Source: Naegleria gruberi
Lineage: Eukaryota
Length of the DNA: 64,000 nt
Assembly: GCA_000004985.1 (NCBI GenBank)
Contig: GG738852.1
Direction: 5' to 3' (one strand)
Part shown: positions 1 to 11,014 of the stretch, piece after piece
Position numbering within the stretch: position 1 is the stretch's first letter
Layout: the number at the start of each line of letters is the position of its first letter
Position numbers and translations under genes: made by a program
Notes under the pieces: generated by a model
What the model was told of the DNA's origin: nothing
What the model saw: the letters and a program-made list of their open reading frames with translations, nothing else
The model's database searches: none

Positions 1-611
1 TTCAAGGAGGATTGGATGAGAGATTGAGAAAGATTTGTTTGGATGGTTTGATTAAAAGAAATTTACCTGGTTATGCTATTGGTGGATTGAGTGGAGGTGA
101 GGAAAAGGATAAATTTTGGCGTGTGGTTTCACTTTGTACAGATTATTTACCTGAAAATAAGCCACGTTATTGTATGGGTGTTGGTTATCCAGAAGATTTA
201 GTTGTTTGTGTTGCATTGGGTGTTGACATGTTTGATTGTGTCTACCCAAGTAGAACTGCAAGATTTGGTACAGCCCTAGTTCATGATGGTGGTACTATGA
301 AAGTTAAATCAAATGCATACAGAGATGACTTTACCTCTCTTGATCCTCAATTGGAAGAGTCATGCATGGTTGATGAATGCTATACGAGATCATTCTTACA
401 CAATTTGTGCAAGGTTGAACAAACTGGTTCTCAACTTCTTACCTATCACAATATTGCATTCCAAATGCACTTGATGAAACATGTGAGAGAGTCCATTGTT
501 GATGGTTCATTCGAAAAGTTTGTCAAGGACTTTATGTTCAACTATTTCCCAAAACAAAAATACCCAGAATGGATTGTTAACGCCCTCTCATCTGTTGGAA
601 TTAACTTATAA
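1..611 (+). CDS. QTRT1: Queuine tRNA-ribosyltransferase catalytic subunit, 3' partial (5' end lies outside the window)
   Basis: The ORF runs open from the window edge to the TAA at 609-611. The translation (…GGLDERLRKICLDGLIKRNLPGYAIGGLSGGE…PRYCMGVGYPEDLV…DMFDCVYPSRTARFG) matches the conserved C-terminal half of eukaryotic tRNA-guanine transglycosylase. Confidence 0.85.
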   Translation, partial: QGGLDERLRKICLDGLIKRNLPGYAIGGLSGGEEKDKFWRVVSLCTDYLPENKPRYCMGVGYPEDLVVCVALGVDMFDCVYPSRTARFGTALVHDGGTMKVKSNAYRDDFTSLDPQLEESCMVDECYTRSFLHNLCKVEQTGSQLLTYHNIAFQMHLMKHVRESIVDGSFEKFVKDFMFNYFPKQKYPEWIVNALSSVGINL

Positions 612-963
612 ACACTTTGCTACTATTTTACAATCTGTATCCTTGACAATATGACCAACACGCTGCAAAGCCACAGAAGACTGTGAACTTGTATGACTCA
701 TGAGGTTGTGCAAAAAACCCGCAAGTTCAAATCATCTGAACCTTACTGTAATTTCAACAAAAAAAACAACCAATAACGCATCCTTAATTTAATTCGAGTC
801 TAGGCAGCATTTGAACTAACAACTGTCTCAAAACAACATTTTATTAAGAATCTATAACTGTTTTCACAACATTATACGACCACTCCTCTTTAAAAGTGAA
901 GAGTAAGAATCCATCGGAAGCCTCATCATCTGGGGTCTCACTAACTGATAGTCAATCCATTGC

Positions 964-3900
964 CATGCCTTCGTCCGTAAAACCAGAAATGATCCAATCA
1001 CAACAACAATATTTACCTGGAGGTGAAGAAATTGAACTCCAACATGTGTACACACCCTCCAATAATCCAAGCAAATCTCCAAGAGATCGAAATGACAGTG
1101 TCGCTTCCCATACTTTTGTAAATAACAATATTCCCTCATCGGATGATTTAAGGGAAGAACAAGTTGTTGATTTTAAAAAGAAGGAAAAAAAGAAAGACAA
1201 GAAAAAGGAAAGCGAGAGTGGATCAGATTCTTCTGAAGACTCAAAATCCAGTAAATCCGATAAAAAGGCAGCAAAAAAGAAAAAGAAGAAACTAAGAAAG
1301 AAGGTTGCTAAGGGTTATGAATTCATGATTGGTTTTTTGGATGGTTTTGGAGAAAGTGTTGATGGACCAGTAAGTAGTAATAATTAGTATTATACTAATA
1401 CAAGAATGATCGTGCATCATGTAGGGTTTAAGAAAGAAGACTTTCATGGGTGCATTCCTTACAACAATAATGAGAATTGCATGTATAATTTTAATAGCAT
1501 ACAGATTGTATGTGTTAATCATTGATAACAAATCTCAATCAACTGGATCTATTATTAATATAAATTATGCCAAGACATCAAATGTGAGATATATGGATGT
1601 TCCAACATTGCAGTTGAGATTATCAAATAATATTACATTTTATGAGAATGAGGAGGATGGGCCATCTCTTCAAAGAATTGATATCTTTGATAATTATGGT
1701 TATGAAAAGACATATTCAACAAGAAGAGACATCAAAGATGTGCAAGTGCCTGTTCCAGTTACCAAGTCAATTTTTGGATCTAGTACTGTTAATTTGAATA
1801 GCTTTTATCCTTCAACTTCACCACCTTATCAAGCTGTTGAAGTGGAAAGAGCTGCCAATTCATCTGCAACATTGTTTGGAACTGAACAAAATACAATTTC
1901 AGTTCTCGCCAGTATGATTGATGACCCTCTCAAGATTATTTATTTGATGAATGGAGTTTTTGATACTAGTTATGGGAGTTTGGATTTTGTTAATCACACT
2001 GTTCATTTATATTTGAGATTTGTTGATGACATGACTCATATTAAACCTTGTCAACTGCATGTTGGATTGGTCAACTCTGGAGTTTTCAAATTGATTCAAG
2101 ATACCACTACTGAAGGAAAGAGTTATATTAAGAAGGAGTTACAAAGTGTGGATGAAATTTACATGACAACTGAGGATTCATTGTGGGATATTAATTTGAC
2201 AAAAACACAAGGGGAGGGAACCACATCTTCAATTTCGACTAATGGTTTACCTTATAACGTTCTCTACCTGTCAAACGAATTCACAACAAATGAATTATAC
2301 TCTTTCTTAAATAAGAAAGATATTGGGGGTCTGTCAAGAGATGTTTCAAAATTATTTGTCTCAAGAAACATGACAGCCTCTTCCTTCATGGATTGGTCTT
2401 TCTTGATCAGCTATGTCAATAACTTTTTGTACACTGAAAATACTCTTTTATGTGATGATTTTGAAACTACCGTTACAGATATTTCAACTCTATATGATAA
2501 GACTACCATGAGTGTTAAAGATTTATTCCCACAAGAAATTAGAGTAATTGCTGATCTTGTCGATGGAACAACCGAGACAATGTATGCTAGAGTTCCAACT
2601 GATTCATTCTCACCAAAGTCTTCAGATTTTTACCTTCTTCTCTTTGGTATTACTGGTAGGGCAGAAACTGTCAGAGTGAATAGTTTTCAGCTTGCCACTG
2701 GTGTAGGAACAAATAGATACAACTACATCAAGATGAGCATGAAACGATCAGGTAATAGACCAGTCAACTTTAAAAATGTAGAACCTCAAGACACAATATT
2801 TGCCTCTACAGTTATTAATTATAGTGCGGTTCAACTTCCAAATACTCTTCCTCAAAAGTGGATAAGTCAAGGATTGTGGAATTGCCCAACATCCAAGTAT
2901 GGTGATGGTTTTTGTGATTGTGAATGTGGCTTTGTCAACGATACGCTCACAGTAAGAGATATTGATTGTAACAATATGTTACCAACTCTCTTTAGTGGTA
3001 ATAACTTAATGACAAAATTCCACAAAACCTCATGTGCCAGCAAGGGACAATTTTGCTCCTCACAAGGAACGTGTTTAGAGGCAAATTATTTGAAATCAAG
3101 TAAGCCATGTTATCATAGAGCATCAGTTTTGGGAGATTCACAAATTATTGGATATTTTGGAAGTAATTCAGATTATAACAACTCTGGAGCATCTAAGAAA
3201 TGTGTTTCTTGTCTTGGCGATACATTCCTTTCAGAGAAATCATCCTTATCCATTTCAAAGAGTAAATACATGTGTCAAATCACACCTATTGGATACATAT
3301 TTGGAAAGGATTTCTTTTCAATGAATAGTACTGGTTTAATTAGTGTTTGGAAAGAAGCTCCAGGACACTTGTATGGAAAATGTCTCAATATTCCAATTAG
3401 AGTTAAGGTTGGTGAGCTAATGTTTCCAACTATCAATCCTGGTGAATATTACACTCTTCAAGTGGGTGACGCTTCATCCAATCAATACTCACAAACAGCA
3501 TATTTGGCTAGTGTTGGACCAACATCTCGATCAATCAAAAAGATTTCTCCAAAAGGAGATTTAATTGGTGAATCTCAATACGACTTTCAAACAGTGTGTG
3601 TCTCAACAACAGAACCATCTTTGAGTTTCCTTGAAATGGCTGGTTTTGGTCAAGTCATTTCTTCTGTGTCTGCCTATTCAAATATTATCATTGTTGATCC
3701 AGTAACTATTAATTCACCTGATCCTAACAATACTTTGAGTTTTATTGGTCGTTTCCCTACAGCAGGCGCTTTCAAGGCAACTTTTTATTCTGGAGATGGT
3801 TACTCTGAAGGGATTACTGATACAGTAACTCATCAACCAATCTCTGTTGATGTTCTGGGTGTAACTGATGTTAATGGATATCAAATATTACAATTGAAAG

Positions 3901-5678
3901 CTGCTCCTTCTTACTCTATTGGTTTAGCCTTCAACGTTTTACAATATGTTGATTCTGGAAGAACTATTGTTAATATTGAACAATTCAAACTCACCACCGA
4001 TCTCTCCAATTCTAACTTGATTAAGAGAGTGAACGATTGGAAGTCTCAACCGTCCAAATTTAAGCAACCAAGATTGTTGATCAGAAAATCTATCGATGAT
4101 TATACCTACCTTCAATATGTTTTAATTACAGATATCACCGAAATTTCTGTAATACCACTCAAATACAGAGTTTCTTTGAATTCCAAGGTTACAGAAGTGT
4201 TTGATGTTGGATCAGTGGTTGAATATACTGCTGATATGACAATTGGTTCTATCAGTATTCCAATAACGTTATCATCTTCCTATGACAGAAAGGAATTCCT
4301 TCCAGTAAATAGTGCACAAACAGTTGGTATTCCAACACCTAGTAGTCTCAGAGTTCAATATGCCATGTTTATTGTACCAAACAAGAAGAAATTCCCAAAT
4401 TTGGATTATTCTGAAACAAAGAGTAATCAACCAGATTACCAATCTCAAAATTTCCTTAATCTATGTCCTCGTGAATATGGGGTTGATAAGGTTTCAATTC
4501 CATATGATGGTGATATGTGGAAACATTTTTCTATTGATCCTTCAAGAGGTCACAATGTTGAATCATGCAAAATATCCAAGTGGACAACATCCTTTGTCAA
4601 TCAAGCATGTTCAGATGTAAAGAACTTACCAAAGAATCAATTTAACAAGAATTGTATCAAGCAAATGCCTCCAACGTACTCTCTCAAGTATGATCACGTT
4701 ATTCAATTGAACAATAAGTGGTCAAACCTTACTGACAGTGATGCGGCTGAAGTTTCAACAGGAGGAGCTAGTCTACCAGAATTCAAGTACACTTTCAAAC
4801 ATGTCTATACATTCCAACATGACAAGTATGCAGATGAGGTAGATTCTAGTTTTTCTACAGGAGCTCCAAAGACTGGAGACTTTACACAAAATATGTCCTC
4901 TATTTATTATAATGGTAAATTGAATTATCAAGGTAGATCAAAGGATGTTTTCCTTCCAGCCAATTCACCTATACTTGACATGGATGCATCCATTGAATTA
5001 TCTCCAAACTTTATTATTGATGTACTTAATCATTATGATGATTTGACAGTCAATTATGGATGGAATATTGTCTACGAATCAGGTACTTGGAAAAAGCTAA
5101 AAAACAAAACAATTGAAGCAATCCAAGAATTTGGAGATACAATCTTTGATGACATCAAGGTTGTTTGGGATCTTTCTTCTTTAGCAAAAGGTTCTAACAA
5201 TAATAAGCTCACTTTAACACCAGGTCATCAATATAACTTTTTTGCCTCCCTCAAGATTACAACCCTCTATTCAACAGATACTTTGGGAAATTCAGAAATT
5301 ACTCAAGTTAAGATTTTAATTCAGAGTACATCTGTTACTGAATATGCGTTAGATTTCTTAGATAGACAAAAGTGCATCCTGAACTTTGCTATTTCCTTTG
5401 ATTTACCTCAAAGTTATCAAGTATTTATTCAATCCGATTATACTATTCTCGCGTTTTTCACAGATGTTGGTGGGGCTATTGGAATTATTTCAATTGGAGC
5501 TATTGCTTTGGAGTTATGGCAGAGTTACATTAGGCAACCAGAAATGTTTTTACATGATGCTATTAAGGAAGAAAAGAAAAAGAGAAAGAATGCCAAAAAA
5601 GCTGCCCAAAAAGGAGTTGTGCCAGAGATTACCATACAAACCAATGTAGTTTCAACATTAGCTACAAATATCAATTAA
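964..5678 (+). CDS. Giant type-I-like membrane glycoprotein with an LNR (Lin-12/Notch-repeat)-like Cys/Asp module; a 2-exon model is proposed (964..1369, 1425..5678)
   Basis: The 1410-aa ORF 1446..5678 has an N-terminal hydrophobic segment (AFLTTIMRIACIILIAYRLYVLII), many N-x-S/T sites, an LNR-like motif (C-P-x4-GDGFCDCECGF-x-D-x6-DC), and a C-terminal TM plus a basic tail (KEEKKKRKNAKK). The upstream K/S-rich ORF (first ATG at 964) ends at a GTAAGT donor at 1370. The intron 1370..1424 ends in TAG and rejoins in frame (…DGP|GLRKKTFMGAF…). The joint is an inference; the two ORFs could instead be separate genes. Confidence 0.5.
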
Positions 5679-5688
5679 TAAATTATTT

Positions 5689-8122
5689 TTAATCACCAGA
5701 TTTTGCTTTTTTAAACAGCATGTCAGAGTTTTGTTTTGATGAACCCTTGTCGAGCGAATTAAGTGAATGCATGATAAAATCAAACATTACACTATCCCAC
5801 ACTTCGTCCACAAGTTTCATCTTTTCTTGAACAATGTATGTATGGTTGAGTACTGATTTGATGTATGGATTGATAATTCCAGAATATCTATCCAAAACGT
5901 TATTTGCTACAGGTATCGGTATTTGCTTGGCTACGGCTTGTCTTTTACCAAAAATCTTTTCTGAATTGGATTTATCAGTGGATGAAATGGGTTTTCCGTT
6001 CATTTCAACTAATTGTGGGAGAACATATATACAGTAGGGTTTTAAAATTCTTTTTAGGGAAGAGCAGACAGGGTTGTCTTTGAATGAAATCTTGGTCACT
6101 ACAAAATCTAACTTGGAGAGTAGTGATAATTGTTTCAGACTCGAAATGTTATTATTACTGAATGTCAAGCTTGAGGCCATTATCTTTTTTGTGAATAAGA
6201 ATGTTTCACAAATCTTTTCAAGTCCCAAATTATGAAAATGAACATTATAGTCTCCATAATTAATTGGTGTAATGAAAGGTTCTCCGTAAATATGAAGCAT
6301 TTCTCCTTCAATTTGTGTGTATGATGATATTGCAACTTCTGGCATGTGGTTTTCTTCCTTTTCCTTAGCAAATGCTGTTATTATGTCCAAGTTAGGAGTT
6401 GGAGGTGTAGGTGAAATATCTTGAGCATCTGGAGGATGAGAGCTTGCCAGATTAATTTCTATGTTTAGATCTTGCCCGTACTCCAAAGGACTTGGTATTA
6501 GGTCAGTGAAAGGGAATATTGAGGAAACATTAACATTGGCAAGATATTTGAGAGATACATCTCGTTCGGATTCAACAACTTTAGTCGAGTCCAGTATTAC
6601 TAATTTTCTCATTGATGCCAAAGTTATGACTCTATATTTTTGTCCTAGATTTTGTTGTAGAGGGTTATCATCCATAGACAGTTCTGTTAGAGATGTACTT
6701 CTGAGCACACTTTCAACAGAGGCAAACAGTTGAATATTATTCGAAGATAAGAATAGACGTTTTAAATTGGGAAGCTCATCTATTTCTTCTACTTTTTCAA
6801 TCTTTTAAATTTTAGTTTATGAGTCCAGTAAAAATTAACATACCATATTTTTCCTAAGGTTCAATTCATTCAAGGATTGTAATCCTCTAACATTTGAAAC
6901 ATTGGATATTAAATTTCCAGCTAAATTTAATACTCGAACCTCCTTCAAGGATGAAAGATTGGATATTTCCCTAATCTTATTTCCATGAAGATCCAATACA
7001 TCCAATTTGTGTAAATATTCCAACCCTTCAATTTTCTCGATCATGTTTTTCCCCAACATTAAAACTCTGAGAGATAATAAAGAATCCAAATTTGATATTT
7101 TCTTAATCTTATTTCCATATAAATCCAAAAATACCAAGCTCGTCAGATTATTTAAATTGCTTATACTTCTGATTTCGTTATATTGTAAATTCAATAATTT
7201 AAGATTTGTATCACCTGTAATGATTGGGCATTTTGTTAGATTTCTTCGATCAAGATTCAGCCTCTCGTTACTCACTGTTTCCTCAATTTTTGATTCCACA
7301 GTCTTTTCCTTCACCTGTGGAGTATTTTGAGACATTAGATAATTAATTTTTGGAGAGTTTCCTCTTGTAAATCTATTAGGAACTCTTTCATCTGGTTGAT
7401 TATTTCCATTCATCACGGCTGAATTTTGACCTTCTTGAGGTGTTGATGAATATTTAAAGTACATTATGTTGGAAGAATTATTTGAAGGAGAGGCAGAGAC
7501 GGCATTGGGACCATTTTGTAATCGGGGAGTAGTGGCACTTTGAGGTCTTTTGCCTCCCACGCTTGATGTTGTAGTTGTTGTCCTTTTAGAGGAAGCAACA
7601 AGTGTTGACCTCTTTGCTGTCACAGTATTTGAATTTGTTTGATTTTGAGGCGTTATATTTGAAGTAAAATTGGATGTAGGTGTTGAATGTATGCTTTTGA
7701 ATCGTCTGTGTTGATTGAAAAACTCTCTCTATTTTGTATTTGAAGGAATCAAAATCAAACATTTTTAAATACAAATCTATAAAACAACTTACTCCCAACG
7801 AATTCAATGCTGCTTTTCCATTATTATTATTAGTATTATTTGAAACTGAAAAGTATGGTCTTGTATTCGAATTTCCAGCAGTGACAAAAGTATTTGAATT
7901 ATTTCCCGATGATGTACTAGGCAATAGAGAAGTTCCTCCGAGAATACCCAGAGGTCCTTGTTGATTATTGTTCATCATATTGCTATTGAGGTTATTGCTG
8001 AATGGTCGAACTGATGAAGTTGTAAGGAAATTGGCGGAATTGTTTGATAGACTTTGAGCAACACTTTGGCTCATTTTTTTGTAGATGATGCTCAAGGAGG
8101 GAAAAAGAGCAGCAATTTGCAT
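5689..8122 (-). CDS. Leucine-rich-repeat (SDS22-like LRR + LRRcap) protein with an N/S-rich N-terminus; 3 exons (8122..7793, 7728..6844, 6801..5689)
   Basis: The three ORFs join through canonical introns: GTAAGT…ATAG at 7729..7792 (phase 0) and GTATGT…AAAAG at 6802..6843 (phase 0). LRR repeats read LxxLxLxxNxIxxIxxL (…LDLHGNKIREISNLSSLKEVRVLNLAGNLISNVSNV…). The start is at ATG 8122, or alternatively ATG 8074. Confidence 0.6.
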
Positions 8123-8291
8123 GAGCTCGTTTTTTTCCTTTTATGCCAGTCTTACTTTCCATACCAATGAACTTTTAATGAAGTCAATGCCCATCGCTTA
8201 ATTCCCAATATATTTGCTTTCTTTACATTTGCAAATAAGTTGTTTGTTTGACACTTACTATTGGGAATGAAAGAGAGAATTAATAGAAAAA
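8123..8291. promoter_or_regulatory. Short divergent intergenic region between the LRR gene (minus, ATG 8122) and the Zn-ribbon gene (plus, ATG 8292); presumed bidirectional promoter
   Basis: Positional inference only; 169 bp between two divergent start codons. Confidence 0.3.
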
Positions 8292-8636
8292 ATGTCTCAA
8301 ATCGTTCCATCTTCTTCCTCAAATAATTCATCGTCGCCGTGGTTGGTCACTACAGGAAGTGGTTTTGATAAATCAAGTGATATGACTGCTGTCATTCCTA
8401 TTAGCAATGATATTTACGAATTGGAAAAACAAAAAGTTAGATTTGTCTGTGAAAAGTGTAAAGGATCGGAATATAGATTGGGAGAGGTTAGAAGTTGTGG
8501 TTCTCTGATGGCCAAAATATTCAATGTACAAAATAGAAGATTCATCACTGTGACTTGTTCAACTTGTGGGCATACACAATTCTTTGAATCGACGCAATCT
8601 GCTCTGGCTAATATTTTGGATATTCTCATCAGATAG
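8292..8636 (+). CDS. Small Zn-ribbon protein with two CxxC pairs, resembling the prokaryotic COG3478/DUF2082 'predicted nucleic-acid-binding Zn-ribbon' family
   Basis: The 114-aa ORF shows C-E-K-C-K-G-S…GEVRSCG…KIFNVQNRRFITVTCSTCGHTQFF…ANILDIL. This matches the family pattern C-x-x-C-G…G…FDVQN…F…V-x-C-x-x-C-G-Y/H-T-E/Q-F…NILD, which I recalled from memory and did not search. Confidence 0.5.
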   Translation: MSQIVPSSSSNNSSSPWLVTTGSGFDKSSDMTAVIPISNDIYELEKQKVRFVCEKCKGSEYRLGEVRSCGSLMAKIFNVQNRRFITVTCSTCGHTQFFESTQSALANILDILIR

Positions 8637-9024
8637 ATGAAATTATTATGATTGAATAATATTGGAAATTGACTATATTACAACAACATAGAAAGAGATT
8701 AATTTCAAGAACATTGGCCATTTGATGAAATTTGTATTGTTGTTTAACATTAAGTTGAGTATTTGATTGGTTGATGAAATATTGACTTGCTTTCCCGCTC
8801 TCAACACCTCACAACAAATCAATATCATTCTTAAAATAAACGTAGAGTATTCGAATTTGATTAGCTTGGTGACAAATTTTCATCATCAATAATCCATCAT
8901 TAGAACTGATTGTAAGAGTGTTCATCACAACATTGATCTCGTCAAAGTTTCCAACCAAGCAGAGAAGATTTTGCACATCAAAAAAATTTTACTCAAGGTA
9001 ATCATCCTACTTGCTTGATAAGAT

Positions 9025-10900
9025 ATGTCTGCCTACTTGGTTTATCCTCCTTCAAATAATTATTATTCATATCAAACACAAGCTTATCCATCTTCTTATG
9101 GTAATCAATACTATGAAAACAATACTAATCGTGGTTCTCCACAGCAGTGGATGATGAATCAATATGGTGGTGTAGTTTCTGATCGGTATCATCAAAACTC
9201 TCAACCATCACATCATACACAACAACAACACACAGCTATATCTTCCGATTATAATTCTTTCATCTCCATTGACTATTATAATGAAGAGGACTTGGAGAGA
9301 GACAATACCTCACAACATAGTAGCAAAACAAGTACATTATGTTGCTACAACTACTCAACAAGCAAATCTTTCCAGACAAAGACACAACAGACAACCTTCA
9401 CATGATTCCTCTGTCATGTCCACAGCCTCTGTGGCATCTTCGGTAAGATCATCAAGGCAACCACAACCAACAACAGCCCAAATACAACAACAGGCACAAT
9501 TTGTAAATAACACAAGAGCAAGCCCAATTGCTTCCATCTCTAACCAAAATTATAATAATAATTATCACAATAATTATCAGTTTCCAACTAGTAATAATAA
9601 TAATAGCTATAGTAATAATAATAATAATTATAATTACAACACCACAAACATAAATTATAGTAAACCTAACAACCTTCAACAAGTAATACCACCACCACAA
9701 ACAAACTATGTACAACAACAACAAATACCACCTCTCTCATTTGCTAATGCAACAAATCATATCACTCATCAAACTTACTCCTCCTTGGAAACAGACTCTT
9801 CTGTTGATATTTGTACAGTAAAGGATGATCATATTTGGATGATTGATAATTTAGTAACTATTGAAGAAGCAGAACAATTAATCGATATCTATCAAGATAT
9901 TTCAAGAAGAACTCAAGAAGCCTTAATACAACAACAAATTCTCCAACAACAACGACGAAATGCCATGTCTGTCAAGTCCATGAGAAGAGGAACCTACTCT
10001 ACTTATGGTGATGAAATGCTAGGTACTCCTTCAGTTATTTCTTCCTCCCAACACAACACAATATCAGACAGAATTCAACATATAGATTATACAAATGACG
10101 AGTTTGCCAACTTTATATTTGAACAATTAAAGGATGTTCTACCACCAGACCAATCCAAGTTGTATGGTGAAAAAGTTGGCAAAACATTCGAATTGAGTGG
10201 AATTTATGAAAAATTCACAGTTTATGAACTAAGGCCTGGTGAAAAAATTGAAAAATCCAAAGGTGAAGACAAGTGTAGAATAATAGAAGTGGAATCTGAT
10301 AATTTAAACAATAAGCTCACTAATGAGCAATACCATGAAAAGAGTTTTTTGACATGTTTAATTTGCTTGAAAGGAGTTGTTGACTACAATGAGCCAAAAC
10401 AACCTAACGGACAACAGTTATTTGGTGTAAATTTCTATGACATGTCTAAGGAAAGACCAGAACATTTCATTGTTTTAGACCACGTTGGCAAGAGCTGCCT
10501 TTTCAGTAATAACACACAATTATTTGAAGTGGTTGAAAATCATGGAACAGAGAATGTTTATTTATTGGCTGTTAATGTAATGTATAGGTCTGTTATTACA
10601 AATTCTCCACTCAGAGCTAATTCTCTAACCAACCAAACTGAGGACAGAGAAAGATCACTCTCAGTATCTTCTACTGCTAGTAATATCTCAATTGATGATA
10701 ATGAAAACATGCACCAATACAGAGAAATACTGCAACAACAACAACAGAAAAAGTCAAACGGGGGAGGTAAATATTTAATGTGGGCCTTTGGAACGAGTTT
10801 CATAGTGTTGACAAGTTTCTTCCTTCAAACTGGAATTAAAGTCAACAAGCCAATCATTTCCAAACTCTTGTCAATACTATCCAAACAATTAAATATATAA
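9025..10900 (+). CDS. Q/N/Y-rich low-complexity protein with a conserved-looking C-terminal domain and a C-terminal TM; frame change near 9330-9365
   Basis: Two overlapping ORFs (9025..9405 and 9269..10900) have the same prion-like composition. They can be joined by a 31-nt GT…AG segment at 9332..9362 (weak GTACAT donor), or a frameshift may be present. The C-terminal part (…KLYGEKVGKTFELSGIYEKFTVYELRPGEK…FYDMSKERPEHFIVLDHVGK…) is followed by a hydrophobic tail (MWAFGTSFIVLTSFFLQTGI). Confidence 0.45.
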
Positions 10901-11014
10901 TTAAATTTACTTTATTCTCCAAATTGCACAATGATCTCAATAATTATTATCTTCGTTGATTCAAAACAAACTTGAAAATGCACAACGGAAAATGCATAAT
11001 ACTTTGCAAAAAAA

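Noticed and set aside
700-760. GTTCAAATC T-loop-like motif (…gcaagttcaaatcatctg…) suggesting a tRNA in the spacer after QTRT1
   Set aside because: No complementary T-stem, D-arm or acceptor stem could be built around it on either strand. It is probably a chance match in AT-rich spacer.
896-963. GTG-initiated 5' extension of the K/S-rich ORF reported by the ORF track (896..1387)
   Set aside because: The track allows alternative starts. The first ATG is at 964, and the extension begins directly after a stop, so ATG 964 is preferred.
4312-4620. Nested and antisense ORFs inside long genes (e.g. 4312..4620, 37476..37796, 42650..42940, 54192..54422)
   Set aside because: All lie within, or antisense to, well-supported long CDSs and have biased low-complexity translations. 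They are frame shadows rather than genes.
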